The position numbers and the translations under genes are program-made. Below, piece after piece: positions 38,456 through 47,982 of a stretch of DNA of 64,000 bases. Under the pieces are notes generated by a model, which was given only the letters and a program-made list of their open reading frames with translations, was not told the DNA's origin and made no database searches. Origin of the DNA: Bacteroidales bacterium (GTDB lineage Bacteria > Bacteroidota > Bacteroidia > Bacteroidales > UBA10428); contig JBNKPU010000010.1 of the NCBI GenBank assembly GCA_050295515.1, positions 10,826 to 74,825 on the forward strand, written 5' to 3'. Positions within the stretch are counted from its first letter, which is position 1; each line of letters opens with the position of its first letter.

Positions 38456-40750
38456 ATGCCCAGAAATAAGAACGAAGAATTTTATACCTATCAACTATTT
38501 ATTTCAGGGCTTATTCAAGGGGTTGGATTCAGACCTTTCATCTATCGTTTGGCAAAATCATTCAACCTCACAGGCGAAGTGTCAAATCAAAACAATGGAG
38601 TTTCAATTATTGTGAATGGGCATCCATCCATGGTTGACCAATTCATTCACTCAATTAAACTGCAAGCTCCTCATGCTGCTATTGTAGATAATATCATAGC
38701 AGAAAAAATCACTGAAAGAGAATTTTCAGGGTTTTCCATTGGAAAATCATTAACAATCGACAATTCTGTAACTGTTGTCAGTCCTGATATAGCTGTTTGT
38801 GAAGAATGTCTTGACGATATGAAAACACAGCCTAACCGAATAGATTATCCTTTCACGAATTGCACAAATTGTGGCCCCCGGTATTCCATTATAAAGGAAA
38901 TTCCCTATGACAGGAATCAAACAAGTATGAAAGTATTTGCAATGTGTCCTGATTGCGAGAATGAATACAACAATATAGACGACAGACGTTTCCATGCACA
39001 ACCGGTTGCCTGCAACCATTGCGGACCTTCAAATACACTGCAAACTTCACAAAACATTTTCACAGACATCCATGAAATTCTGGAACAACTTTCAGCTGAA
39101 CTTCACCGAGGAAATGTAGTCGCAATCAAAGGTCTGGGTGGATACCATCTTGCCTGTGACCCAAAAAATGAACTTGCCATTAAAAAGCTTAGGTCTGTAA
39201 AAGCCAGGGACAGTAAACCTTTTGCTATTATGGCGAAGGATATTCTTGTTGCGAAAAAAATCACAGATATCTCAAAAATTGAGGAATCGATGCTAACTTC
39301 CTGGCAAAGGCCTATTGTGCTTCTAAAAGCAAAGGACCCTGCTTTTTTTTCTAAAGAAGTAGCCTGCAATTTAGGTACATTGGGGATTTTCTTGCCCTAT
39401 ATGCCTTTTCACCATCAACTATTTGAACACACTTCCTTTGAATATTTGATAATGACCAGCGCAAACCTAAGCGAGTGTCCAATCATTATTAACGATAAAG
39501 AAGCTGTTCAAACCTTTTTGCCTCAAGGTGTACCTGTGCTGTCGCACAATCGTGAAATCGTTAACCGTACTGATGATTCCATTGTTGTTGACATTGGTTC
39601 CAAAAAGCAAATCATCCGTAGATCAAGGGGGTATGTTCCTCTTCCGGTAAATACTAAACTAAATACAGAAGGTTTTTTTGCCACTGGTGCTGAACTTAGT
39701 GGAGCATTTTGCCTTGGCAAAGCTAGGCAGGCTATTTTGAGCCCCTACATTGGAGATATAAAGAATTTCGAAACTATGCAGTTTTACGAGGAGACATACC
39801 ATAGATTAGTGAAACTCTTTAAATTCACTCCTGAAGCAATAGCATGTGACATGCATCCAGATTACCAATCGACCCACTTTGCATTGCAATTTAACCTTCC
39901 TACTTATAAAATCCAGCATCACCATGCACATATAGCATCCTGCATGGTAGAATATTGCCTAGACGAACAAGTAATTGGCGTTTGCTATGATGGTACGGGT
40001 TATGGAACTGATGGCAAAATTTGGGGCAGCGAAATTATGCTTGCTGACTTTTACGGTTTCGAACGCAAATATCACTTTGATTATGTTCCCATCCCTGGTG
40101 GGGACAAGGTTTCTAAAGAGCCTTGGAGAAGTGGGCTGAGCTATTTGATTGAGGCTTTTAAGGAGAATGATCTGTCTTTTTCAAATGTCCTTTTTGCCAA
40201 GGGATTAAACCGCAGGCAAAAAGAGCAAATAGAAATAGCCATTGTAGCCCTTGAAAAAAAAATCAACGCCCCGGAATCATGTAGTGCAGGACGTTTATTT
40301 GATGCTGTTGCATCTATCACAGGAATTTGCACGCACAGCTCTTTTCACGCAGAAGCGCCAATCCTTTTAGAAAACAATATTCAGGATGGTATTTCTGAAA
40401 CTTACCCCATTCAACTTGAAAAGGTAATCGACTGGACGCCGGTAATCCGGAACATTGTTTTTGATTTACAACATGAGGTTTCTGTAAAAATAATCTCGGC
40501 AAAATTCCACAATACTGTAGCTGCAATCATACATAAGGCAGTCGTTAAACTAAAAAATGATACTGGTATTAACAAGGTTGTGCTATCTGGTGGTACTTTT
40601 CAAAATAAATATTTAACCAAAAAAATTGTAGATTTAGTTATTAAATCAGGCATGCAGCCTTTCATGTCCTCCCAGGTTCCTTGCAACGACGGAGGAATCG
40701 CTCTAGGGCAACTGGCAATTGCTGCTAAAAAATTCAGGTCATGTGTTTAA
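38456..40750 (+). CDS. hypF: carbamoyltransferase HypF
   Basis: Acylphosphatase domain (GLIQGVGFRPFIY), two CxxC-x18-CxxC zinc fingers, YrdC-like and Kae1-like domains. 764 aa. Confidence 0.93.
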   Translation: MPRNKNEEFYTYQLFISGLIQGVGFRPFIYRLAKSFNLTGEVSNQNNGVSIIVNGHPSMVDQFIHSIKLQAPHAAIVDNIIAEKITEREFSGFSIGKSLTIDNSVTVVSPDIAVCEECLDDMKTQPNRIDYPFTNCTNCGPRYSIIKEIPYDRNQTSMKVFAMCPDCENEYNNIDDRRFHAQPVACNHCGPSNTLQTSQNIFTDIHEILEQLSAELHRGNVVAIKGLGGYHLACDPKNELAIKKLRSVKARDSKPFAIMAKDILVAKKITDISKIEESMLTSWQRPIVLLKAKDPAFFSKEVACNLGTLGIFLPYMPFHHQLFEHTSFEYLIMTSANLSECPIIINDKEAVQTFLPQGVPVLSHNREIVNRTDDSIVVDIGSKKQIIRRSRGYVPLPVNTKLNTEGFFATGAELSGAFCLGKARQAILSPYIGDIKNFETMQFYEETYHRLVKLFKFTPEAIACDMHPDYQSTHFALQFNLPTYKIQHHHAHIASCMVEYCLDEQVIGVCYDGTGYGTDGKIWGSEIMLADFYGFERKYHFDYVPIPGGDKVSKEPWRSGLSYLIEAFKENDLSFSNVLFAKGLNRRQKEQIEIAIVALEKKINAPESCSAGRLFDAVASITGICTHSSFHAEAPILLENNIQDGISETYPIQLEKVIDWTPVIRNIVFDLQHEVSVKIISAKFHNTVAAIIHKAVVKLKNDTGINKVVLSGGTFQNKYLTKKIVDLVIKSGMQPFMSSQVPCNDGGIALGQLAIAAKKFRSCV

Positions 40751-40968
40751 GTGTTCCGGCAAAATTAACAGAAGTAACTGGCGATATGGGGAAAGCCTCC
40801 ATCGGCGGAAGCATCATTGAAGTAGGCCTTCAACTTATTGAAGATCCAAAAGTAGGCGAATACGTTTTAATCCATACCGGATTTGCCCTGGAGAAAATCG
40901 ATGAAGAAGAGGCTCTAAAAACCCTGGAACTTTTAAGAGAGTTAGGCTCAAATCCTGAATTGTCATGA
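40741..40968 (+). CDS. hypC: hydrogenase assembly chaperone HypC
   Basis: MCLSVPAK N-terminus, 75 aa. Confidence 0.9.
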   Translation: MCLSVPAKLTEVTGDMGKASIGGSIIEVGLQLIEDPKVGEYVLIHTGFALEKIDEEEALKTLELLRELGSNPELS

Positions 40969-42041
40969 AATACATGCATGAATACCGGGACCGTGAAATT
41001 GCTGAAAAACTAATTCAGGAAATAAGATCTGTCTCCAAAAAACATGTTAGGTTAATGGAGGTATGTGGTGGACATACCATGGCCATTAGAAAATACAGCA
41101 TCGACACCCTCCTCCCCAATACGGTTGAGTTGCTATCTGGCCCTGGATGCCCGGTTTGTGTTACAGGACAGGACTTTATTGATAAGGCAATTGCTTTGGC
41201 TCAAAGACCTGATGTGATCCTTACTACCTATGGAGACTTAATTCGTGTACCGGGATCAAAATCTAACCTGGATCAAGCAAAGGCTTTGGGAGCTGATATT
41301 CGTATTGTCTATTCCACATTGGAAGCTCTAAGAATTGCATCAGAAAACCCAGATAAAAAAATTGTATTTCTGGGTATTGGCTTTGAAACCACAGCACCCT
41401 CAACTGCTATATCTCTACAACAAGCCAAGAAACAGGGCATCAAAAATTACTTTGTCCTTTCTGCACACAAAACCATGCCAAATGCAATGACTGCCCTCAT
41501 TGAAGGTGGATCTCAAATCGATGGCTATATAGGTCCCGGACATGTAAGTACTATTGCCGGATCAAAAATTTACAATGAACTGGTCAATCAGTATAATTTA
41601 TCTATAGTCATTTCGGGTTTTGAACCTGTTGATATACTCCAGTCTATACTGATGCTTGTAAAACAGCTTGAACAAGAAAAGCCCAAACTTGAAATCCAAT
41701 ACAAAAGGGCTGTTAAAGCTGAGGGAAATATCAAAGCACAAGAAATTGTTGACGAAGTATTTGAACCCTGCGAGTCATACTGGCGCGGAATTGGCAGCAT
41801 TAAAGACAGTGGCATGAGAATCAGGGGCATTTATGAACAGTTTGATGCAGAAAAACATTTTGTACTGCAGATTGATCAGGCACCCGAACCCAAAGGTTGT
41901 ATATGTGGGGCTATATTAAAGGGACTCAACAAACCCACAGATTGTAAATTGTTCGGAAAGGCTTGTGTCCCGGAAAATCCTGTTGGTGCCTGCATGGTTA
42001 GCGGCGAGGGTACTTGTGCAGCTTATTACAGGTACAGGTAG
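40965..42041 (+). CDS. hypD: hydrogenase formation protein HypD
   Basis: GPGCPVCV, GFETTAP and C-terminal Cys-rich motif. 358 aa. Confidence 0.92.
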   Translation: MKYMHEYRDREIAEKLIQEIRSVSKKHVRLMEVCGGHTMAIRKYSIDTLLPNTVELLSGPGCPVCVTGQDFIDKAIALAQRPDVILTTYGDLIRVPGSKSNLDQAKALGADIRIVYSTLEALRIASENPDKKIVFLGIGFETTAPSTAISLQQAKKQGIKNYFVLSAHKTMPNAMTALIEGGSQIDGYIGPGHVSTIAGSKIYNELVNQYNLSIVISGFEPVDILQSILMLVKQLEQEKPKLEIQYKRAVKAEGNIKAQEIVDEVFEPCESYWRGIGSIKDSGMRIRGIYEQFDAEKHFVLQIDQAPEPKGCICGAILKGLNKPTDCKLFGKACVPENPVGACMVSGEGTCAAYYRYR

Positions 42042-42091
42042 TATATTTTGTATATTTAGCTTTAACTTAAAATCTCATAAACCAAATCAAT

Positions 42092-43108
42092 ATGCCCGAA
42101 AAAATTATCAGAATAGGCCATGGTGCCGGAGGCAAACTTACCCATCAACTTATTGAAGAAATTTTCGTCAAACACTTTTCAAACCCATACCTGGACCAAC
42201 TCAACGATTCATCCGTTTTTGAACTGAACGGCAAAACAGCATATACAACTGACTCTTATGTAATAGATCCAATATTTTTTCCAGGTGGGGATATTGGCAA
42301 ATTAGCTGTTAGTGGTACTGTGAATGACCTTCTATCCTGTGGTGCTGTCCCTAAATACTTAAGCGCCGGATTTATCCTTGAAGAAGGATTTGAGATCGAA
42401 TCCCTGGAAAAAATTGCCATATCCATGGCTGAAGAGGCTTCAAGAAGCGGTGTTCAGATCGTTTGCGGTGATACCAAGGTGGTCAAGAAAGGACAATGTG
42501 ACAAAATCTATATCAACACATCCGGAATAGGCGCTGTTGATCAGAATTGTGAACATTTGAGTCAAGAACCCGAATATCTTATTGGAGACAAGGTTATTGT
42601 AACAGGGAACCTCGGAGACCATGCAATAGCTGTTCTCTCAGCAAGAAACAACATCAGTTTTGAAAAGTCTGTATTAAGCGATGTGGCACCCCTATGTGAA
42701 CTGATGTTTCCAATTTTCACATCAAACGGGAATGATCTCCGGTTTTTAAGGGATATCACCCGTGGTGGGCTAGCAACCGTACTAAATGAGGCAATAGAGA
42801 ATAAAGAATTCTCTATTGAACTTGAAGAAAAAGAAATCCCGGTAAGTTGCGAGGTTGAAGGCATTTGTGAAGTCTTTGGATATGACCCCCTATACCTTGC
42901 CAATGAAGGGAAAATGGTGCTTATAGTCAATGCTGATAAAGCCAATGAAATACTGGAAACTCTCCATCGAAATGATCTCGGGAAGAAGGCAAGCATAATT
43001 GGAGAAGTGACCAATAGAGCTCCTGGTAAAGTCTTGGTCCAACCAACCATAGGCGGAAGCCGTATTGTTGATATGCTCAGTGGTGAAATGCTGCCACGTA
43101 TCTGTTAA
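42092..43108 (+). CDS. hypE: hydrogenase expression/formation protein HypE
   Basis: PurM-like fold with the canonical C-terminal PRIC. Confidence 0.92.
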   Translation: MPEKIIRIGHGAGGKLTHQLIEEIFVKHFSNPYLDQLNDSSVFELNGKTAYTTDSYVIDPIFFPGGDIGKLAVSGTVNDLLSCGAVPKYLSAGFILEEGFEIESLEKIAISMAEEASRSGVQIVCGDTKVVKKGQCDKIYINTSGIGAVDQNCEHLSQEPEYLIGDKVIVTGNLGDHAIAVLSARNNISFEKSVLSDVAPLCELMFPIFTSNGNDLRFLRDITRGGLATVLNEAIENKEFSIELEEKEIPVSCEVEGICEVFGYDPLYLANEGKMVLIVNADKANEILETLHRNDLGKKASIIGEVTNRAPGKVLVQPTIGGSRIVDMLSGEMLPRIC

Positions 43109-43127
43109 TTCTTAGTACAATCAGTTT

Positions 43128-43469
43128 ATGCACGAATTCTCCTTAGCTTCAGATATTATTGATATTGCCAGCCAATCTGCCAAAGCAAATGGCTGTAACC
43201 AAGTAACCAAAGTTATCCTGCGTATAGGTCAATTAGCCGGAGTAGAAGAACCAGCCCTCGACACAGCACTGGAAGCTTTGACTCCGGGCACCATATTATC
43301 CGAGGCGGTATTTGAAAAAGTTCACATCGATGGAAAAGCAAGGTGCCTGGATTGCAATACCGAATTTGGAATTACAGATTTTTTTTCACTTTGTCCAAAT
43401 TGCCAGAGCTTTAGCAAAGATATTTTAGCCGGAAAAGAATTCGATATTGTTTCTATTGATGCAGAATAA
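43128..43469 (+). CDS. hypA: nickel insertion protein HypA
   Basis: MHEFSLA N-terminus and CxxC...CxxC zinc site. 113 aa. Confidence 0.9.
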   Translation: MHEFSLASDIIDIASQSAKANGCNQVTKVILRIGQLAGVEEPALDTALEALTPGTILSEAVFEKVHIDGKARCLDCNTEFGITDFFSLCPNCQSFSKDILAGKEFDIVSIDAE

Positions 43470-43534
43470 GACATTTTGCACTTTTTTTGACTAAAAAAAC
43501 TTTATATTTACAGATAACCTACAAACAATCAATC

Positions 43535-44305
43535 ATGTGTGATACCTGCGGTTGTGGAAATCCAGATGAAGGTTACACAATATCTAAGCCTTCCGACACA
43601 AAAACCGAACCTACTTTAAACCACGAACACGAAAACCATGGACATGGACATGGACATGGGCATGGTCATGGAACAAAAATTGAAATAAACACCCCGGTAT
43701 TAAGCAACAACAACTTATTAGCCGAACGAAACAGGGGCTATTTCGAGGCAAAAGATATCAGGGCTTTTAATATGGTCAGCTCTCCTGGAAGTGGAAAAAC
43801 AACCATATTGGAAAAAACAATCCCTCTTTTAAAAGACAAGGATGTCTGTGTAATTGAAGGCGACCAGCAAACACTGAATGATGCAAAACGTATTGAGCAA
43901 ACTGGCGCAAATGTAATCCAGGTTAATACTGGCAATGGCTGTCACCTTGATGCGGATATGGTCAACCATGCAGTTAAAGAACTGGCTCCAACAGAGGGGG
44001 CCTTGCTTTTTATCGAGAATGTTGGCAATTTAGTCTGTCCGGCACTCTTTGACCTGGGCGAAAAATCGAGGATTGTGATAATAAGTGTCACCGAAGGGGC
44101 TGACAAACCATTAAAATACCCAAATATGTTCGAGACATCGCAATTGTGCATTATCAATAAAACTGACCTCCTGCCTTATGTCGATTTTGATGTAAAACTG
44201 TTTAAGGAATATGCACTGAAAATCAACCATCATCTCGATTTTATAGAACTGTCTGCCAGTAAGGGTGATGGAATCGAAAAATTGATCAGTTGGATATTGG
44301 CATAA
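43535..44305 (+). CDS. hypB: nickel-binding GTPase HypB
   Basis: MCDTCGCG N-terminal motif, His-rich HEHENHGHGHGHGHGHG stretch, GSGKTT P-loop. Start moved to the ATG at 43535. Confidence 0.92.
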   Translation: MCDTCGCGNPDEGYTISKPSDTKTEPTLNHEHENHGHGHGHGHGHGTKIEINTPVLSNNNLLAERNRGYFEAKDIRAFNMVSSPGSGKTTILEKTIPLLKDKDVCVIEGDQQTLNDAKRIEQTGANVIQVNTGNGCHLDADMVNHAVKELAPTEGALLFIENVGNLVCPALFDLGEKSRIVIISVTEGADKPLKYPNMFETSQLCIINKTDLLPYVDFDVKLFKEYALKINHHLDFIELSASKGDGIEKLISWILA

Positions 44306-44311
44306 ACTAAA

Positions 44312-44845
44312 TTATTTCCTGTCGAAAAATACATTCTTTGAAGTGCAGCTCAATGGAATACCATAAATAATCTTTACATCATCTCCCATTAGTCCAAGTT
44401 CTTTTACTGCCATTCCTACCGTATACATAACACGGTTATCTATACGTTCATCCATAGCTATACTCACTGCAGAACCAACAGCAATTCCCAGGTCACCCGT
44501 GTTAAATGCACAAGGATGGTCAGGGTATTTTTTCTTTTCAGCACAGCCACTAAATCCACAAAGACTACAATAAGCAAGGCCCATAGTTTGAATTTTGGTG
44601 CCAAGCAACACCATATATTCTGCTTCAAGAATATTTCCGGCATCGCGGGAAAAAGCTGGTGTGGTATTAGGTCTTGCCCCTATTTCTTTCATACGATTGG
44701 CAATCTTTAGAATATCAGCCTTTTCGGCCAGGACAATCTCCAAATTGTCCATCCCTTTGCCTTTCGGGGCAGTTCGGGCCGCAGCCATCATTTTTAGGGC
44801 AACATTTTTTACAGCCAGCTCCCTTGCTTTTTGTTCTTTGATCAT
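44312..44845 (-). CDS. DUF2148-type ferredoxin-domain protein
   Basis: 177 aa with central CSLCGFSGC...HPC Cys motif and overall family-like sequence. Confidence 0.65.
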   Translation of the reverse strand: MIKEQKARELAVKNVALKMMAAARTAPKGKGMDNLEIVLAEKADILKIANRMKEIGARPNTTPAFSRDAGNILEAEYMVLLGTKIQTMGLAYCSLCGFSGCAEKKKYPDHPCAFNTGDLGIAVGSAVSIAMDERIDNRVMYTVGMAVKELGLMGDDVKIIYGIPLSCTSKNVFFDRK

Positions 44846-45382
44846 TTTAATGTAGATTCTGTTTCCAGGATAAATTTAATCATTCGTAGATAGTATTCAG
44901 GAACCAAACACATGCAAAAAAGACTAACTTATTGAAAATTAAAGCATCTGACTTTTAATTTTTAATGAATCTAAGCAGTTTACTTCCCTTGCCATCTTAC
45001 AACTTTACAAAATACAGAACCTTTGGTCATTGAGATACATCGAGAGTATTTATCGTTCCAGGTTCCTCAGAAGGAATCTGGACAATTCAGCCCTATACAT
45101 TTTTAATGTGTATTGAATGGTTTAAAGTGCAAGTTTAAGAGTAATGTTGTAAGCTCAGATCAGCATAACCTCCACAAAAGAGATAAAAAAAAACACCAAA
45201 AAGTCAGTCTTCTCCACATACAATGGTATCAGAAGAAAATAATGGCTTATTCAGGCAGACAGATCTTTGTCCCAAACCCAAAGAACAAAGCAAACCACCT
45301 TGATTTTTATTTAGAATCCTTTTATACAATCCCTGCCAAAAATTTATACTAATTCTAAATAAGTCCACAAACCGCACCAGTA

Positions 45383-45400
45383 TTGTTATCTGAATAACAT
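45383..45400. promoter_or_regulatory. Rex-type operator TTGTTATCTGAATAACAT
   Basis: 11/12 match to TTGTTA-N6-TAACAA, about 110 nt upstream of the ATG at 45509. Confidence 0.5.
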
Positions 45401-45441
45401 TTTGTTTTACACCCCTTGATATTTCTAGGATTCAGGCAACT

Positions 45442-45459
45442 TTGTTATTGAAATAACAG
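45442..45459. promoter_or_regulatory. Rex-type operator TTGTTATTGAAATAACAG
   Basis: 11/12 match. Immediately upstream of a TATCTTTG (TAnnTTTG) -7 box at 45470-45477. Confidence 0.5.
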
Positions 45460-45508
45460 TATAAGGGTTTATCTTTGACAAAGAAAATAATGACATCCGG
45501 CACTTAAA

Positions 45509-45853
45509 ATGAAGATTCGGGAAATAATCAATAGTATAGAAGGCGAATTTGCTTGTGGAGAAAGCCATGCGGACGCACAAATTGACAGGGCATGTGCATC
45601 TGACCTAATGAGCGATATCCTGACTTTAAACTCAGAAGAAATGATTCTGATTACCGGATTAATAAACATGCAGGTTATCCGAACAGCAGAAATGGCAGAT
45701 ATCAAACATATACTCTTTGTAAGAAACAAAAAGCCGAGCCAGGAAATGATCGACTTGGCCAACAGAGAGGACATGAGTATTATTCTCAGTAAAAAATCAA
45801 TGTTTGCCACATGCGGTCTGTTGGCTAAGGCCGGACTAGAAGCAGTATATTAA
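45509..45853 (+). CDS. DRTGG-domain protein 1
   Basis: 114 aa. CASDLMSDIL and LITGL..QVIRTAEM blocks typical of DRTGG. Paralogous to 47632-47982. Confidence 0.75.
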   Translation: MKIREIINSIEGEFACGESHADAQIDRACASDLMSDILTLNSEEMILITGLINMQVIRTAEMADIKHILFVRNKKPSQEMIDLANREDMSIILSKKSMFATCGLLAKAGLEAVY

Positions 45854-46269
45854 TGATGGAGCTGGAATATAATATAATAGGTGGGGATTTTGGACAGGCT
45901 GGCACATCTTCCAGTGATGTAAAAAAGGTGCTAAAACAACTAAATATTGCCCCGCCAATTATTAAGCGCATAGCTGTTGCCATGTACGAGGCCGAAGTGA
46001 ATGTTGTGGCACATGCCTACAATGGAACAATGAAGGTAAACATAAGCCCTGAGTTGGTTGTGATACACGTTGAAGATGAAGGTCCGGGCATACATGATAT
46101 AGACCAGGCCATGCAGGAGGGATTCTCAACCGCAACCGAAGCCGTAAGACAAATGGGATTTGGAGCAGGAATGGGATTGCCAAATATTAAAAAGAATGTT
46201 GACGAACTAAGCATAAAAAGTAAAGTCGGAAAAGGCACTACTGTTGTACTTACGACAAAAATCAATTAA
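45853..46269 (+). CDS. small HATPase-type protein (anti-sigma-factor/Ser-kinase-like, RsbW/SpoIIAB size class)
   Basis: 138 aa. E..N...HA N-box-like (YEAEVNVVAHA), DEGPGI and GAGMGLPNI G-boxes. Start overlaps the preceding stop (TAATG). Confidence 0.7.
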   Translation: MMELEYNIIGGDFGQAGTSSSDVKKVLKQLNIAPPIIKRIAVAMYEAEVNVVAHAYNGTMKVNISPELVVIHVEDEGPGIHDIDQAMQEGFSTATEAVRQMGFGAGMGLPNIKKNVDELSIKSKVGKGTTVVLTTKIN

Positions 46270-47616
46270 ATGGAGAAAATGGTTTTTCATCATGCACTTA
46301 AGGTTTTGGAGGATATATGCTACGGCTGTACCCACTGTGTGCGCGTATGCCCCACAGAAGCTTTGCGTGTGCGCGATGGAAAAGCCAACCTGGATGACAA
46401 CCGCTGCATAGATTGCGGAAAATGCATGCAGGCTTGCCCTGTGAATGCTATCATAATCGATCATGACGATTTCAACTCCATTTTTGAATATAAGGTCAGA
46501 GTAGCCCTGGTTTCTTCCATTTTCATAGGCCAGTTTCCAAGGCATTATTCCACAAGGAAAATTTATAGCGGTATCCTTGAACAAGGATTCACTCATGTTT
46601 ACGAAGCTGAACATGGTTCTGGTATCCTTGCTGATGAAATTAATCAGTATTTAGAGCAAAATAAATCTACACGTCCAATAATATCATCTTTCTGTCCGGC
46701 AATAGTAAGATTAGTGCAGGTCCGCTTTCCGAGTCTCACTGAAAACCTGATGCTGTTAAAGGCTCCTTTGGATATTTCTGCCTTATCATTCAAACAGGAA
46801 CTATTGGACCGTGGATTTAAAGAAGATGAAATAGGAATATTCTACATCACTCCATGTGCAGCAAAAATTGCAGCAATAAAAAGCCCTGTAGGTGAGCAGA
46901 ATTCACCAATAAATGGGGTAATCAACATGGATATCATCTACAACAAAGTATACAGGGACCTGAAAAAAGAAACCCGCTCAACCTGCATTGTTCCTGAAAA
47001 AGAACAACTTAAATCAGAAGAAATGGTCTGGAGTTTAACAGGTGGGGAATCCAAAAATATCAATGGGCGGTGCCTGGCTATTGATGGAATCAACAATGCA
47101 ATTGATTTTCTGGAAGGGATAGAAAATGGCAACATTACCAATTTCGACTTTATTGAAGTGCGTGCATGCGACCAAAGCTGCACCGGTGGCATCCTCACTA
47201 CTTCAAATCGCTTTCTGACAACAGAAAGGCTTGAAGAAAGGCTTGTCAAATACGAAAACGACAAAGTTGAAGGCAAACTTTACAACAACAAGTCGATTGA
47301 CAAACATATCGACTTTGTAAAACAAAATATAAAAATTGGGACAATCGAGCCCCGTTCAATGCTCAAGCTAGATGACGATATTGAGTCTGCCATGAAAAAA
47401 ATGGCCCGCATTAAGCGGCTTAATTCATTCCTGCCTGGCATCGATTGTGGAGCTTGTGGTACACCTTCGTGTAAATCCCTGTCTGAAGATGTGGTTCAAG
47501 GCTTTGCCCACACTTCTGACTGTGTTTTTATCCAAACCTCGCTCAATGCCAGTGAAGATAAGCCAATAAGGGCCGAAGAAATTTGGGGCAAAGACAGGTT
47601 CAGGAAATTAACTTAA
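46270..47616 (+). CDS. [FeFe]-hydrogenase-like protein with divergent H-cluster motifs (sensory-type candidate)
   Basis: Two ferredoxin CxxCxxCxxxCP motifs. H-domain motifs are SSFCPAIV (versus TSCCPxW), TPCAAKIAA (versus MPCxxKxxE) and EVRACDQSCTGG (versus ExMACxxGCxxGGGQP). C-terminal LPGIDCGACGTPSCKSL is an RnfB-like Fe-S motif. Confidence 0.75.
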   Translation: MEKMVFHHALKVLEDICYGCTHCVRVCPTEALRVRDGKANLDDNRCIDCGKCMQACPVNAIIIDHDDFNSIFEYKVRVALVSSIFIGQFPRHYSTRKIYSGILEQGFTHVYEAEHGSGILADEINQYLEQNKSTRPIISSFCPAIVRLVQVRFPSLTENLMLLKAPLDISALSFKQELLDRGFKEDEIGIFYITPCAAKIAAIKSPVGEQNSPINGVINMDIIYNKVYRDLKKETRSTCIVPEKEQLKSEEMVWSLTGGESKNINGRCLAIDGINNAIDFLEGIENGNITNFDFIEVRACDQSCTGGILTTSNRFLTTERLEERLVKYENDKVEGKLYNNKSIDKHIDFVKQNIKIGTIEPRSMLKLDDDIESAMKKMARIKRLNSFLPGIDCGACGTPSCKSLSEDVVQGFAHTSDCVFIQTSLNASEDKPIRAEEIWGKDRFRKLT

Positions 47617-47631
47617 GGACATAAGCTATAA

Positions 47632-47982
47632 ATGCTGATGACTATGAAATTAAAAGAAGTTGTTGACAAATTAGAAATAAAAGTAATCTGCGGAGAAGAA
47701 TTCCTCGATAAAGAAGTTACCGGGGGATATTGCTCAGACTTGCTCAGCGATGTTATGGGCCATGCTAATGAAGGGTCAGTATGGCTTACTATTCAAGTAC
47801 ATAAAAACATCGTAGCTGTCGCATCGCTAAAGGAGCTTTCTGCTATTATGTTGGTTCAAGGGCTAATACCGACGGAAGAGACGATAGAAACGGCGCGGGA
47901 ACAAAACATCCCGATCCTTCAGGCGAGTGAGCCTTCTTTCGAGATTGCTGGCAGGTTATACAACTTACTAAGGCAATCATGA
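47632..47982 (+). CDS. DRTGG-domain protein 2
   Basis: 116 aa. YCSDLLSDVM block and overall similarity to 45509-45853. Confidence 0.72.
   Translation: MLMTMKLKEVVDKLEIKVICGEEFLDKEVTGGYCSDLLSDVMGHANEGSVWLTIQVHKNIVAVASLKELSAIMLVQGLIPTEETIETAREQNIPILQASEPSFEIAGRLYNLLRQS

Noticed and set aside
42562-43050. 162-aa ORF antisense to hypE
   Set aside because: A shadow of a strongly supported gene, with no motif and biased composition.
45113-45352. 79-aa ORF in the long leader upstream of the sensory module
   Set aside because: It has a non-ATG start and a Lys/Asn/His-rich low-complexity sequence. It has no promoter-like context and is treated as non-coding.
46207-46614. 135-aa minus-strand ORF spanning the HATPase/HydS-like junction
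   Set aside because: It overlaps two tightly coupled plus-strand genes that have clear motifs. It is likely spurious.
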